A stretch of 63,215 nucleotides of DNA, the filler included, from Octopus bimaculoides (taxonomy: Eukaryota), in the NCBI RefSeq assembly GCF_001194135.2. It is 7 parts of 7 records of this genome, joined end to end, with 100 filler letters (N's around TTAATTAATTAA, not from the genome) between each part and the next. Parts side by side here need not be neighbours in the genome. Positions count along the whole stretch, not along the records: positions 1 to 20,410 come from NC_068999.1; positions 20,511 to 46,806 come from NC_068991.1; 5 more parts are not named here. One strand, written 5' to 3'. Numbering within the stretch: position 1 is the first letter of the stretch; each line of letters opens with the position of its first letter. Below the pieces are notes generated by a model. That model saw only the letters and a list, made by a program, of their open reading frames with translations. It was not told the origin of the DNA and did no database searches. The position numbers were made by a program, and so were the translations under genes. Of the stretch, positions 13,515 through 26,236 are shown in pieces.

Positions 13515-15697
13515 GTATAGAGTAGCGCCAATACAACCCTTGGGTTAAAAACTGCTCGGTTCAGGGAAGTGAACCATGGTTTCACAAAAACACTTTTGTT
13601 CCTTAGATACTGAAAATAATTGACGTTTAACATGTCTGGTATATTCTTATATAAGTTAGTTCTAATCAATATACTAGCAAGTACACATTCCGAGCTTAAT
13701 TCATGGTGACAAGTTTCAGCCAATATAATCATATAATTCTAAACTCTTTTCGCGGGCGTGTTCTTCTGGAAGAAATATATCGGAATCTAGAAAATATACG
13801 TGTATAAAATTTTCCAAGAAAACTTGAAGAACCCGGCGTAATTTTATTTGTTTCGTATTGCTAATAATGCTACGTAAAAGCTGCTATACATCTAAAAGAA
13901 AACAATAGAAAAATGGAGAACTAAAAAGAAAGAACGAAAATAATTCCAAATGACAATTCAAGTGAGAATAGTAGAAATGTTAAATAACTTCGGGTCTGAT
14001 TTAACATGATTAACAATTCAAGAATTGATACGACAACGACACTAAATATAGTAAATCGCTAAAAATATATATATATACAAATGAAAAAATTAAAAGTATA
14101 AAAAAAAAAACTCAGATTAATGATGTCTAGTTTCAGCGACGGCTAATGAAATTTCACTTGTGAATAACCAATTGAAAGAACGGAGCAATTTAAATTGGAA
14201 AATTTAGATACAAAATTTGGTCAAATCAGAAATATAAATTGATATTTAATTGATATTGCAGGAACTCAAAGTAAAATTCATAAAAAACGAAAATGATAGA
14301 TTCTGAAACCTATTAAATAATAAACAAGTTAAAATTTAAATGAGAACAAAATTAATTATCGATTCCATTTTGAATGTATTGGCTATGTAATGACAAGGAA
14401 TTCTTTCCTAATAATGCATTTGTTTTGTTTGTTACTAGTTTTTGCTTCTTTCGATTACAGTACATAACATGTACGCGGGATAACACACCCAAGGTACTGT
14501 TGGAAACAGCGTCATATATTTCACCGAATATTCCATCTTTCTAACAGTTAATATAATTGTATTCTTTCCCGTTTAAGTATGCAATAACCATATACTGCAC
14601 CTAATGTAAATCGATATGGCAGGAATATATATTTGCATGCACCTTTGCACTATACAAAACACCGTGATAGTGTTTAACTGATTGCCCTAAAATGTGTTAA
14701 CTTGCTTAAAATACATCGATAGTTTCTTACTGTAGACTGGCTAAACATTGCAAGTGGAACTAATCTGAATTGGTTTACTAAACCGTTTTACAAGTTTTTA
14801 ATTTTTTTGTTTATTCATATTTGAATGGATATATTGGAATGTAACAAAAAGAATCAGACGGTCTTGTGTCTTGCTAGAAACATATACTTTTCATAATGAA
14901 GTTGATACTTTGAAGAAGACTGCATACCCTACGATATCTGCAAAATATATTTTTACAAATATAATACTTTTGTACTTGTGGAAAATTTAAAATTATTTAG
15001 GCCCCACTATCGTTTAGTGTATCCCCTGTAATGAGCAGATTTTTGCTATCGGTAGTTTGCTGAAATCAGGGAAATGAGAGATGCAATAAATTTCTGCAAT
15101 AGAAATTTATTATTGTTGCTGCTCTGAAAATACAAATTGTGATATTTAGCGTCAGTCACATATGATATAATCACAAATCTAGTTTGGTGGTGTTTTTTGC
15201 TTTTTTTTAATGAAAATCTAATTCACACATTACACAAATCATATTTTTGTATCAGATTAATCTCTTATATGTTTGTCCATGAAGAAGATAACAGAAAAAT
15301 TGTACAAGTCATTATATCTTACAAAACTTCATTTACCGCATTGAAAATACGTGCAGTTTCAATGGTACTCCACGAAATTCGTATATCATAACTAGATCTA
15401 AAACGTGGGTAGAAATAATAAAATGGACGTTCAAATTTCAAGATTAACTTAGGGTTACACAGGAAAACTACTGTATCGGCATTGAGAGATGGATAACATT
15501 TTTGCAGAAGAATATCTGATGTGAATAAATAGGATTTATTCTAAAGAAGTCTTAAAACTCACTAATCGCGTTATCACAATTCACATAACTATTATCATAA
15601 TAGGAAAACACCTGAAGATGAATGATCTTTATAGTTATGATAATGCACAGTTTGTATTTTGAAATTATTATATATGAATAAACGTTTTATGCAAATA

Positions 15698-15864
15698 GGC
15701 GTAGGAGTGGCTGTGTGGTAAGTAGCTTGCTTACCAACCACATGGTCCCGGGTTCAGTCCCACTGCGTGGCATCTTGGGCAAATGTCTTCTACTATAGCC
15801 TCGGGCCGACCAAAACATTGTGAGTGGATTTGGTAGACGGAAACTGAAAGAAGCCCGTCGTATG

Positions 15865-15915
<51 letters not shown>

Positions 15916-16132
15916 ATGTGTTTGTGTGTCTGTGTTGGTCCCTCCAACATCGCTTGACAACCGATGCTGGTGTGTTTATGTCCCCGTAACTTAGCGGTTC
16001 GGCAATAGAGACCGATAGAATAAGTACTAGGCTTCTAAAATAATAAGTCCTGTGGTCGATTTGCTAGACTAAAGGCGGTGCTCCAGCATGACCACAGTCA
16101 AAAGACTGAAACAAGTAAAAGAGTAAAAGAGT
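15698..16132 (+). mobile_element. tRNA-derived SINE, family A, apparently full-length
   Basis: A-box-like TGGCTGTGTGG and B-box-like GGGTTCAGTCCC head; CORE-like ...TTGGGCAAATGTCTT segment; internal (TA)n/(TG)n linker; conserved 3' body; (GAGTAAAA)n tail. More than 12 other copies or fragments lie in this window. Confidence 0.9.
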
Positions 16133-16421
16133 ATGCATCATAATTATACGATATTGTTATAGTAAATACATGCAGAATACCTGAATTTTTTTTGCAAAAT
16201 TAAGTTACTGTTAAAATATGTTTCTTAACGTGGTTTCTTACAGTTTCTCAATTTAAATATAATTTATGTATTTTTACAGGGTGCTATTAGAAATGTCTTA
16301 AGGCAACATTGTATATTAAAATTTGTAAACATTTTAAAAAAATATTTTCTCGGAAAATATCAGAGCTGACAGAAAAAAATATTGTTTATGTGACAATTAA
16401 ATACTCTTGTTTAATTTCCAG

Positions 16422-16521
16422 GAGACTCATTGAATCAGAATAAGAAGAAATATATATTTAGTGTGAATATGATACAAGCAAATCTCACTGCCAACGAAAT
16501 CTATATTTACAATGACTGGCA
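16422..16521 (+). CDS. Candidate internal exon (phase 1 to 2) of an unidentified protein
   Basis: Acceptor ctcttgtttaatttccag|, donor |gtatgt; open frame DSLNQNKKKYIFSVNMIQANLTANEIYIYNDW. No homology recognised. Confidence 0.35.
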
Positions 16522-17328
16522 GTATGTGAGCCCATAGAAGACGGTCTTCGTCTGCTAACGATATGTGTGTGCAGATTTATGCAACATATACTCACGTGAG
16601 AGGCGCTTTCACATCAAATGCTGCACTATTCAACTGTCGAACACAACATCCACGTAAATTTTTATTATAGATATTGTATTTATATTATTAATGCTGCATC
16701 TGTTGCTATGAATTATTTTTAGAATTAGCCTGCTGGACATTTCAAATACCACTGCGCAAAAGGTCACTATATATTCATATATTGTTAGCAGTGAGATATG
16801 GATAGTATACTGTGAGCGGACAACTCCAACAGAAACGCCGCAATACGTTTTGTTGTTATATATACGTCAAAATATGTCTTACAGTATATGCTACTGTAAT
16901 TTACTATTTGTTCTATATATCCTAAAATCATTCTCCTCTTTCTGTTGCTCACACATAACCATTCTCTGTCTGCCTTATACCTTCCAAATCTTCCTCTGGC
17001 TTACACATAACCGTTCTCTCTCTCTGCTTCATACCTTCACAAACTTCCTCTGGCCCTCCATATCGTATGCACTATGTTTATCTTATATTATCGCATGCAC
17101 TATATTCATCTTATATCTAACATCATATATCATTGCTACATAATTTTAATCTCATTGAATCTCAATTTTATCAATATGTTTCGGTTTCACTCATCCACTT
17201 ATTCTCTATCTCCCTCAGATATTCATTCAATTTATCCCACTTTGATATGCTTTTACATCACTTGGTGACAGATTAATGGCGAGCAATATATCAATATTAG
17301 TCATATGTACATATGGTGGTTTCAACAG

Positions 17329-17406
17329 AAATCAGTGCTACTTCCAGACAATAATTATAAATCAAATATTCAGGACACTGAACGGAGCATGTCTATCTGT
17401 CAGACG
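17329..17406 (+). CDS. Candidate internal exon (phase 2 to 2)
   Basis: Acceptor ggtttcaacag|, donor |gtatat; frame NQCYFQTIIINQIFRTLNGACLSVR, phase-compatible with both neighbouring candidates. Confidence 0.3.
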
Positions 17407-18586
17407 GTATATTTGCTTTCATTAAATGCACATATACACGAATCTATAACGTTATCTTCATTATTAAATTCACAAGATATTACAAGAACTCGCGCACTTG
17501 TACATATTTCCCGTGAGTAAACATAACTCTATAAATACATATCGAACACACATACATACATACACTAAATGCACGGAAATACACACATGTATTTATGCAC
17601 ATACAAACACATATTATATACATTTGCATGCACAGAGGCACACACATAAACACACACACACACACTCATATACACCTGTGTGACTGCGAGTGTGTGTATG
17701 TGTGCGTGCATATGTATGTCAATGTATGCATGCATATTTTCTTAGAAGAGAAATACACACTATAACATCCTCGTAACATACTGGGATAATATATAACATA
17801 TATTCACATTTCTACTTGATATATTGTAAATACATGCCTTATATGTAAGATTTATAATTATATTGCAAAATCCAAATGCTTCATCATATCCACGACTAGA
17901 AGTCTGGTCAGTATTGCCGTTTTGTCGTCGGCATCAATAACTAAATAATGTATCATAGAATCAATTATTCATCTGAGAATTAGAAATTCTGTAGAGTCGT
18001 ATTTGAGACTGAAGTTGACAAATTCAATTTACTCTGCCGTTTTCTAACAAAAAAATAAAATAAACAGCGTAAGCTATTCATTTTTTTGTGAGAATAGCAA
18101 TCAGACAAAAGGGTGTATCATTGACATAGCAGTATTTTACTGCCAGTCAGGTTCTATGAATATTTGTTTATAGATAATCCACATAGATAAATACTTGTTG
18201 CACGTACCTATATATATATATATATATNNNNNNNNNNNNNNNNNNNNNNNNNNNNNNNNNNNNNNNNNNNNNNNNNNNNNNNNNNNNNNNNNNNNNNNNN
18301 NNNNNNNNNNNNNNNNNNNNNNNNNNNNNNNNNNNNNNNNNNNNNNNNNNNNNNNNNNNNNNNNNNNNNNNNNNNNNNNNNNNNNNNNNNNNNNNNNNNN
18401 NNNNNNNNNNNNNNNNNNNNNNNNNNNNNNNNNNNNNNNNNNNNNNNNNNNNNNNNNNNNNNNNNNNNNNNNNNNNNNNNNNNNNNNNNNNNNNNNNNNN
18501 NNNNNNNNNNNNNNNNNNNNNNNNNNNNNNNNNNNNNNNNNNNNNNNNNNNNNNNNNNNNNNNNNNNNNNNNNNNNNNNNNNNNNN

Positions 18587-18621
<35 letters not shown>

Positions 18622-19064
18622 TTTATACATACATGCACACAGGTGAATACATGCGTATGCATGTGTGTACGTAAGTATGCATGCATTTATATGTGATTGT
18701 CTTGCATTACCAAATACTTGGATTCTTGCTTTAGGGAGGGAGCCGATGTGTAACAAAAATAAACCGTATTTGTCGTTGAAATATAAATAACGAAAACTTG
18801 TCACATCTCAAACTTGAGAAATGCGTTGCAAAGTTTTACTGTTCCACGTACATATTACATTTGTAACGTGCGAACCAGTTGGTTTACCTTCTGTTACAAT
18901 TCAAAATAATCCGATTAGTCGTTTATTCACAAAGTTTGTCGGTTAGATGTTTACCTAAAAAGAGGGCCGGTTCAGAATTTGCTCAGAAACGACAGTTGTT
19001 TCGACAATTTTGTATCGGGCAATTAATCAATTCAATCAATCAATTCATTCTATCTATGCTTCAG

Positions 19065-19188
19065 TGATGACTGTAGTAGTTCAGGCAATATTGCCTGGGA
19101 TGAAATAACTCATTCAATGAATTGTGATGTGAATGAAATACCGATCCACGATGATTTAAAGAAAACTGAAAGAAAAAACGCTTTGTAA
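19065..19188 (+). CDS. Candidate terminal coding exon (phase 2 to stop)
   Basis: Acceptor cattctatctatgcttcag|; frame DDCSSSGNIAWDEITHSMNCDVNEIPIHDDLKKTERKNAL*. An AATAAA lies at 19588-19593. Confidence 0.35.
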
Positions 19189-19674
19189 TTAAGGGATTTA
19201 TATTCAAATAATATGACACATTATAACATTTAAACATATTGAGTTATTTAGAAATACTCGGGTTAAACAAAAAAGAAAGCAAATGCGATGGACAATTAGA
19301 GGAGCACGTTAATACTTGTGTAGAACGTTGGGAACGTCGGATTTTGAAAGTTGCAATCTGAAGTGATCTTCGGATATAAGAAAGTTTTCTTTGGCCGTCT
19401 TTTGAGTGCCTGATATTTTACATAGATGATGCGAAACTTCAAACATGTAATCCAGTTCAATACTCTTAAATCATTTGAGAAAAAGAAACGCGAAACAGTT
19501 TAAGGAGTAACCAAACCCATATATTAGTGAGTATAAATCACTGTTAGAACATATTCAAAAGGGATGAAATATTACGTTATCCAATGCAATAAATGTGTGT
19601 TCACATACACACACTCACATATGCACACACATAAAGGGAGATAGAAAGAGAGAGCCAGCAACAACAAAAGACAG

Positions 19675-19675
<1 letters not shown>

Positions 19676-19767
<92 letters not shown>

Positions 19768-19802
19768 TGTCTGTCTATCTCTTTGTCTAGATAGATAGAT
19801 AT

Positions 19803-19835
<33 letters not shown>

Positions 19836-19860
19836 GAGGTATGCAGACATATAGAGAGAT
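19676..19860. repeat. Compound microsatellite (TA)n(TG)n(TCTG)n(GATA)n(GACA)n
   Basis: Directly visible. Confidence 0.95.
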
Positions 19861-20410
19861 ACATAGATAAGAACAAGTGAGAAAGACACAGAGAGTTACG
19901 CGTTGGAGATACTTCGAATTTACCAAGTTGCGCTCAGTTTCGACATCGTATCAATTCGAATTGAACAGAAATGTTATACCAGCTTTATTTCCATACTTAA
20001 CGCATTTATAAATGTCAACCGATGGCAGCTACCATGGTTCACTGGAATTCTTTCATAAGAACTGTTCTACATTAGTGACCACAGTATTTTTAACCATATA
20101 CACCTGACATTAATATCATTGTGTAACTATATTATAAGTGCAAAAAGTCGACACCTAAATACTTGAATGACAATTTACAAGATAAGGATAAAAATTGTAA
20201 CTAATACAAAAACAGGAATCCAAGTGCAATGCCGCCGCATAAAGATTTAGAGATTCATAGAAAGTAATTTTCAGAGCAGTGGGAGGTTTTAGCAGATTTC
20301 AATAATTGATTAATTGATTTTTTGGGTGAAACATACACATCACATACACACACAGATACATATAAAAAAATATACACAGACCAAACGTGTGTGTGTGTGT
20401 TGTGTGTATA

Positions 20411-20510
20411 NNNNNNNNNNNNNNNNNNNNNNNNNNNNNNNNNNNNNNNNNNNNTTAATTAATTAANNNNNNNNNNNNNNNNNNNNNNNNNNNNNNNNNN
20501 NNNNNNNNNN
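20411..20510. other. Artificial 100-bp scaffold join: 44 N + TTAATTAATTAA + 44 N (also at 46807, 50330, 52571, 58107 and 60845)
   Basis: The same 12-mer, with stops in all six frames, sits at the centre of six N blocks of identical size. Confidence 0.97.
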
Positions 20511-20710
20511 GTTCCTCGTCGACGCCCAGATTCTGCTCGAGATCGTCGTCGCACCTCCACTCCACTAATCCTCTATAGAACGCTTTTGTGGAGTCAAAGT
20601 TGCACAAGATTGGTCCCGGACGGCAGAGTTGCTTGAGAGCAACGCGACACTCGCGGTACCATTCGCCGAGCCTAGGTCTCTGTTTAATCCACGACTGCAG
20701 TTCGTCAGGT
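20511..20710 (-). mobile_element. Probable L1/Tx1-clade LINE ORF2 fragment (segment between RT and the C-terminal zinc finger)
   Basis: About 54% GC and 18 CpG in 200 nt (hand count), in a strongly AT-rich window. The minus-strand frame is open throughout: PDELQSWIKQRPRLGEWYRECRVALKQLCRPGPILCNFDSTKAFYRGLVEWRCDDDLEQNLGVDEE. The Tx1 resemblance is recalled, not searched. The left side is truncated by an assembly join. Confidence 0.5.
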
Positions 20711-20879
20711 ATATAGATAGATAGATAGATAGATAGATATAAACGAAAAAGAAAGAAAGGAAGAAAAATAATTGTTGCTTTGTTTTGTTTTTGTTTTGCC
20801 CGTGTCTTTAGTGCTGAAGACTTATTTTGTAGTTAAAGAAAGCTGAATGTTATTTCAGTGAATAAGCGGGCGGATATGA

Positions 20880-21048
20880 GTGCGTGTGTATATGTGTGTA
20901 CATATAGAAGCAAATATACACACATACATACACACACATACATACACACACATACATACACACACATACATATACACACATACACAGACGACACATACCG
21001 CTTCTATGTGTCCGTGCGCTTGTGTGTATAGTGTACCTACATGTATAT

Positions 21049-21117
<69 letters not shown>

Positions 21118-21140
21118 AACACACACACACACACACTCAC
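20880..21140. repeat. Degenerate (CA)n/(TG)n/(TA)n microsatellite block
   Basis: Directly visible. Confidence 0.9.
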
Positions 21141-21464
21141 AGAGGAAGAGAAACAGACAGACTGAGAAAGACAATATTTGTAAAATGGAATGGCACCTTC
21201 GTAAAGCAAATCAGCTACAGTGGCTTTCCAATGTTTTTTTCTTCTTTTTTTTTTTGTTACAATGACATTATGTTGTCTTCTGTGTACAAGAGAAGATAAT
21301 ATATAATGTGAAGAAACTCGGATTATAAATGAATGCATTTTACTTCCGATGCAGAATTCACTGGATCGATGAAAAGTTTGTTTCGCAATCACGAGGCCCT
21401 TATTTGTCTTCTGTCACGCATTGTGTCTATGATAACTAATTTTTAGTGAAATCTTCTTTACTAC

Positions 21465-21526
21465 GAGAGATAGCAAATACTGGGAGAAGTAGCAGATACT
21501 GGGAGAGATAGCAAACACTGGGAGAG
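21465..21526 (+). repeat. 19-bp minisatellite, about 3.3 units
   Basis: GAGAGATAGCAAATACTGG / GAGAAGTAGCAGATACTGG / GAGAGATAGCAAACACTGG / GAGAG. Confidence 0.9.
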
Positions 21527-22035
21527 GCCAGTTTTAAAACAGAGACCGGGACTAAAGCATAAACCTTAAATTTTCCGAGACAAACTAGCCCATAAGCTGG
21601 TCCCACAGTATTTGAGAAGGAAAAACACAAAAATCTACGTCAGATGCATTGGTGACGATATTGTTCCCTGGCTAGTCGCAACCTTCTTAGTACAGTAAAG
21701 ACAGATGGTCTGTGTTTATGTAACTTTTGGTCAGGTATAATTGGTCATGAGCTCACAAATTCAACAAAACAATGTCCCAGCTGAGTCCTCCAGAAGCTGC
21801 TGACTGACAGGCCTTGAAACCAAGTTAGGTGGCTCACTCGTTACACAGATGTCAGTAAAAGCCTACTAAGAGCGTTTTGTGCAGAAATTTCATAACAATG
21901 AAAGTAAAACACAAGAACATTATGGAGGTTTTTAATCCTAAGACGACAACTGCTATAGACAATACAGGGTGTTAGTAAAGCGGGTGCTAAATCAGGAATG
22001 TAAAATACACTGATCAACGGACCTTTAACTTATAT

Positions 22036-22428
22036 CTTTTATCTTTCACGTCTTTCAGTCATTTGAGTCCGGCCATGTTAGGTTTTAGTCGAACAAATCG
22101 ATCCCAGGACTTATATATTAAAGCCTAGTACTTATTCTAGCGGTCACTTTTACCGAACCGCTAAGTTACGGGTACGTAAACACACCAACACCGGTTGTCA
22201 AGCGGTGGTGAGAGATAGACACAGACACAAAGACACACACATGCGCACATACACGTGCTGTCTAATTATTTACATATATACATACACACGACAAGCTTCT
22301 TTCAGTTTCCGCCTACCAAATTCATTTACAAAGCTTTGGTCGGCCCGAGGCTATAGTAGCTTTTCCCAAAGTGTGGATCCGGAACTTTGTCGTTGGGAAG
22401 CAAACGTTTTACTACATAGCCGCGCCTG
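22036..22428 (-). mobile_element. SINE family A, near full-length
   Basis: Collinear reverse-complement match from the tail to the head (...ACTACATAGCCGCGCCT). Confidence 0.85.
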
Positions 22429-22811
22429 TAAATATCTTGTTCGAATTTTGTGTTTTTATCATATTTTTTCTTTATTTCTTGTAAATATTCCTCTTTTCAT
22501 CCCATTATATATTGTATAACAACGCCATCTTTCGCCATTGTTTTTTGTATAACTTAATACAACATATCGTTGTAAAGGCTTTGTAGAAGTAGGAATGAAT
22601 GTAAATAATTAGACAGCATAAGATTTTAATTAAATCTGTATATTTAAAGAATTCCTAAATTTTATAACTCAACCTAACACGTTTTTGAAAGCCACTTGTG
22701 TGACGTTTGTTTGTATTCTTTTTTATCTCTTCGAACTTTTATCGTTCATAAAGAAAAAGATTTGGCAGAATCATTTGAGCGTCGAAAAAAAGTCCTCTTC
22801 AGGCTCTTTAT

Positions 22812-22965
22812 GTTCTTAGTTCAAATTCCGCTGAGGTCTAATTTGCCATCCATTATTTTCTGGTAGATGAAATAGCTACAAGTTGAACACTGGAGTCGAT
22901 ATAATCGGCCTATTCCTCTCTTAGAAAAACAGCTGGCCTTGTAGCTAAATTTCAAACAAGTATTG
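22812..22965 (+). mobile_element. SINE family B, 5'-truncated fragment
   Basis: GTTCAAATTCCGCTGAGGTC...AGTTGAACACTGGAGTCGAT...GCTGGCCTTGT...TTTCAAAC. Confidence 0.65.
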
Positions 22966-24795
22966 GTAGTAGTAGTAGTAGTAGTAGTAGTAGCCAGTCG
23001 AAGGATGAGAAATTCGGCAGAAAATCGGGCGAAATAATTACAATACTGTTGTGATCTGAATCGATATGTCTCAGGATCGACTTCATCTTTCGTCGGGATC
23101 GGTAAAGCAATTTCCACATAATTATCGATTGTATTAAGTCTTTCTCAAAACAGACTAAAAATGTATTTTATAGAATGTAGCACTAGTTCGTTCTTCCCTT
23201 TCACACATCTCTCGAATCATCACCATCATCACCACCATCACCACCATAATCACAGTTGTCACAATCCATCCTTCTCTATTCAATATTTTCATTCCTTTAT
23301 TGTCTTATCGGACAATCGCCAAGCCTGAGATAATATATTAACATAATTTCGACCGAAATTTTTCCCATTTCATACAGCGATAATTACAATGTGTTGTACA
23401 CTGGAAGGCAAACCAAAAGTATTAATCCCTCTCTACCTTTTCTTTCTCATCTCTCCCCATCTCTCTCTCTCTCTCTCTCTCTCTCTAGAATTGCCTTATA
23501 ACAACACACAACATCCAAGAATGTGGAAACATTGAGAGAATGCTAAGATCGTTTGAACCCTTAATAAAGAGAATACCCTATTAGTCAATTATTTGACTGA
23601 ATAGCAAATAATGAGAGCAGAAGAAAAGTAAGGAAGGAACTTGTTAACGATTGTAGCAAATGACTTGAAGCTTACTGGAACTGGCGAGTATCTAGGTCCT
23701 TTGCGGGTGAGAATGTTTTTCACTCAATATAGAATAAAATAAAACTGAACCACTACCCCTCTACCTCCTACGTCAACATCACTATTCTTATTTCACTTTC
23801 CGCCCCATCCGAACACCGTTCTTTTCCTTTTCCTTCTGCACACAATTCTTAATCCTTTACCCTGGACAACAATCGAATACCGGATTTCTCTCTTCATCTC
23901 AGTATTATAACCTAAAGCAAATATATAAACATACACACACGCGCACTCATACGTATAAAAATATAGATAATCGGATAAACGCAAACACACGTGTACTCAT
24001 ATAGAGGGAGAGCGAGCACAAGCATGTACAAACAGGATATTAATATTTTCCCACTAGATGTCACTGCTCTTTAAAAAAAGACAACAATTGCTGACATGTT
24101 TGATGAAGCATTTTTTAAAATCTTTTTTATTTTATTTTATTACAACAGTATTTATATTTTGCAGAAAAAAGGGCGGAAAACACATCTCTTATATGAGATG
24201 TGGTGAATTGTGGAGTGGTATAAATGTTTATTAGAGTGGTGTAGAATAGCTTTGAGAGAGAAGAGAAATTACAAACTGTTTTCATTACAATTCTTTCTAC
24301 ATTTCTGTCGGTTTTCATTGTTTAAATCCAATACGTTGAAGTGTACTTAGCATTTTGCTAAACAATCTCTCCAAGTATTTCATAATCGTCTCCTCAAATG
24401 TGTTACCGCTTGTAATTGTAAGGCGTAGAGGTCTTGGTAAGATACAACACAGCACAGTGGAATGTCCAAAGTGACAGTTTAAAAAGATTTTAGTGGAAGA
24501 AATGTGTGACGAAGATTTGAAGGTTGTCTAGGGGTTCGACGAAATAAATTAAGCATAGTCTCTAGGGACTTTAAATATGAGTCAAGTCCTGGGACTGAGT
24601 ACCTTCTCATAGGTTGTTGGAGCGCATATATACAGCAAACGTTATTCTAGTATGGTAATGACCATACTTCGTTGTTTTGTCTCTTTTACCTCTAAGTCAA
24701 TACCAGTATTATAATAATGGTCAAATATTCTACTGATCATTTAAACCAATCATATTGTCTCTCTCTCTGTGATTCTCTCTCTTTTTCTATCTCAC

Positions 24796-24858
<63 letters not shown>

Positions 24859-24872
24859 NNNNNNNNNNNNNN

Positions 24873-24912
<40 letters not shown>

Positions 24913-26205
24913 ATCTATCTGTCTGTCTATCTATCTAGCTATCTATCTATCTGCAAGAACAAAAAGATAAAAATCTAGCTCTATATTTATTCAAAAGAAA
25001 ATATTATTGTCCTTGCTATGGCTGTTGTTGTTGTTGTTGCTAGTATCGACATCATCATCATCATCATTATCATTGTCATCGTCCCAATGTTCTCATTGTT
25101 CTCATCGTCTTCGTAGGTGTATTTAATGATTATTTCAAGACTCCGGGTTTCTCAATAGACGTTTCTTGAAATGGCCGATATACCGTAAACGAAGCAAATA
25201 AAAATGAACGAAAGTTTTAATGTTTATGGCCATCGATATGCTTCCGCTTGTGAGATTTTCTCTTTCCACGTTCATTCTTCATATGAGCAATGGTGGAACA
25301 TAAACTGACTTGTGTTCGGAATACAGTGTAGTGAAGTTTATACTTGCTTCCGGTGAGAGAAATAGTTCAGCAGTCATCAAATTGATAATCGCTTCGAAGC
25401 TGAAAAATCATTTTCTTGTTAATATTATTATCGAGCCAATCTACGAGATGATTATTTTCTAATGGATAAAGCCATTTAAACAATTCTGATGGTGGCAGAA
25501 CGTTAAATCTTTCAACTGACCACTTACTGTAGAGGTTACAAGAGATAATGAAAGAACAAGAGAGAGCGAGGTGCAGAGGTATGAGGAGGTTATAGAATAT
25601 AAAGAAAACAAATGAAGGACGAAGATGTAATTTGGGGAGTAAGGAGTNNNNNNNNNNNNNNNNNNNNNNNNNNNNNNNNNNNNNNNNNNNNNNNNNNNNN
25701 NNNNNNNNNNNNNNNNNNNNNNNNNNNNNNNNNNNNNNNNNNNNNGGGGGGGGGGGGGGTTAAAGAAAGAATGGGAAAAAGAGAAGAGTTAAAAACGATA
25801 ATGCGAGGAAAGAAAAATAATAGAGAAAGAATAAGATTCAAATAAAGACCATCACTGCGTTAGAGTTCTGTTCTAATTCCATTTACACTAAGATGCATGA
25901 TATAAAAATACATCGACACGAATGAATGACTAGCATTTTATTTTACCGATTGCAAAGTTGATCACAATGGAGAAAGATAGATACAGACGAAATAACAAGC
26001 AGATAAACAAAGCGATGGTTTCCTACATTTAGTTATCGTCAGTGTCCGTCGCTCTACTGCGGAAGACTTGTTTTTCATCCCACAGTACAATTTCGTCCTA
26101 TACGTATGTCCAGGCATGCACACTCGCGCGTTCCACCCTCCCATATACGTATTTGATACCTACATACATACACGCACATACACACATATGTACAAATATA
26201 TATAT

Positions 26206-26236
<31 letters not shown>

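Noticed and set aside
13235-13732. Two same-frame minus-strand ORFs (75 and 73 aa) as one gene
   Set aside because: Three stops separate them, there is no recognisable motif, and no supporting splice sites were found.
20511-20710. Vector or polylinker contamination (SalI, XhoI, KpnI, AvrII and PstI sites)
   Set aside because: The sites are scattered rather than adjacent, and about three 6-bp palindromes are expected by chance in 200 bp. An open LINE-like frame explains the segment better.
22775-22805. Minus-strand CTGAAGA-GGAC hammerhead-like start
   Set aside because: The second strand of stem II and GAAA are missing; too degenerate to call.
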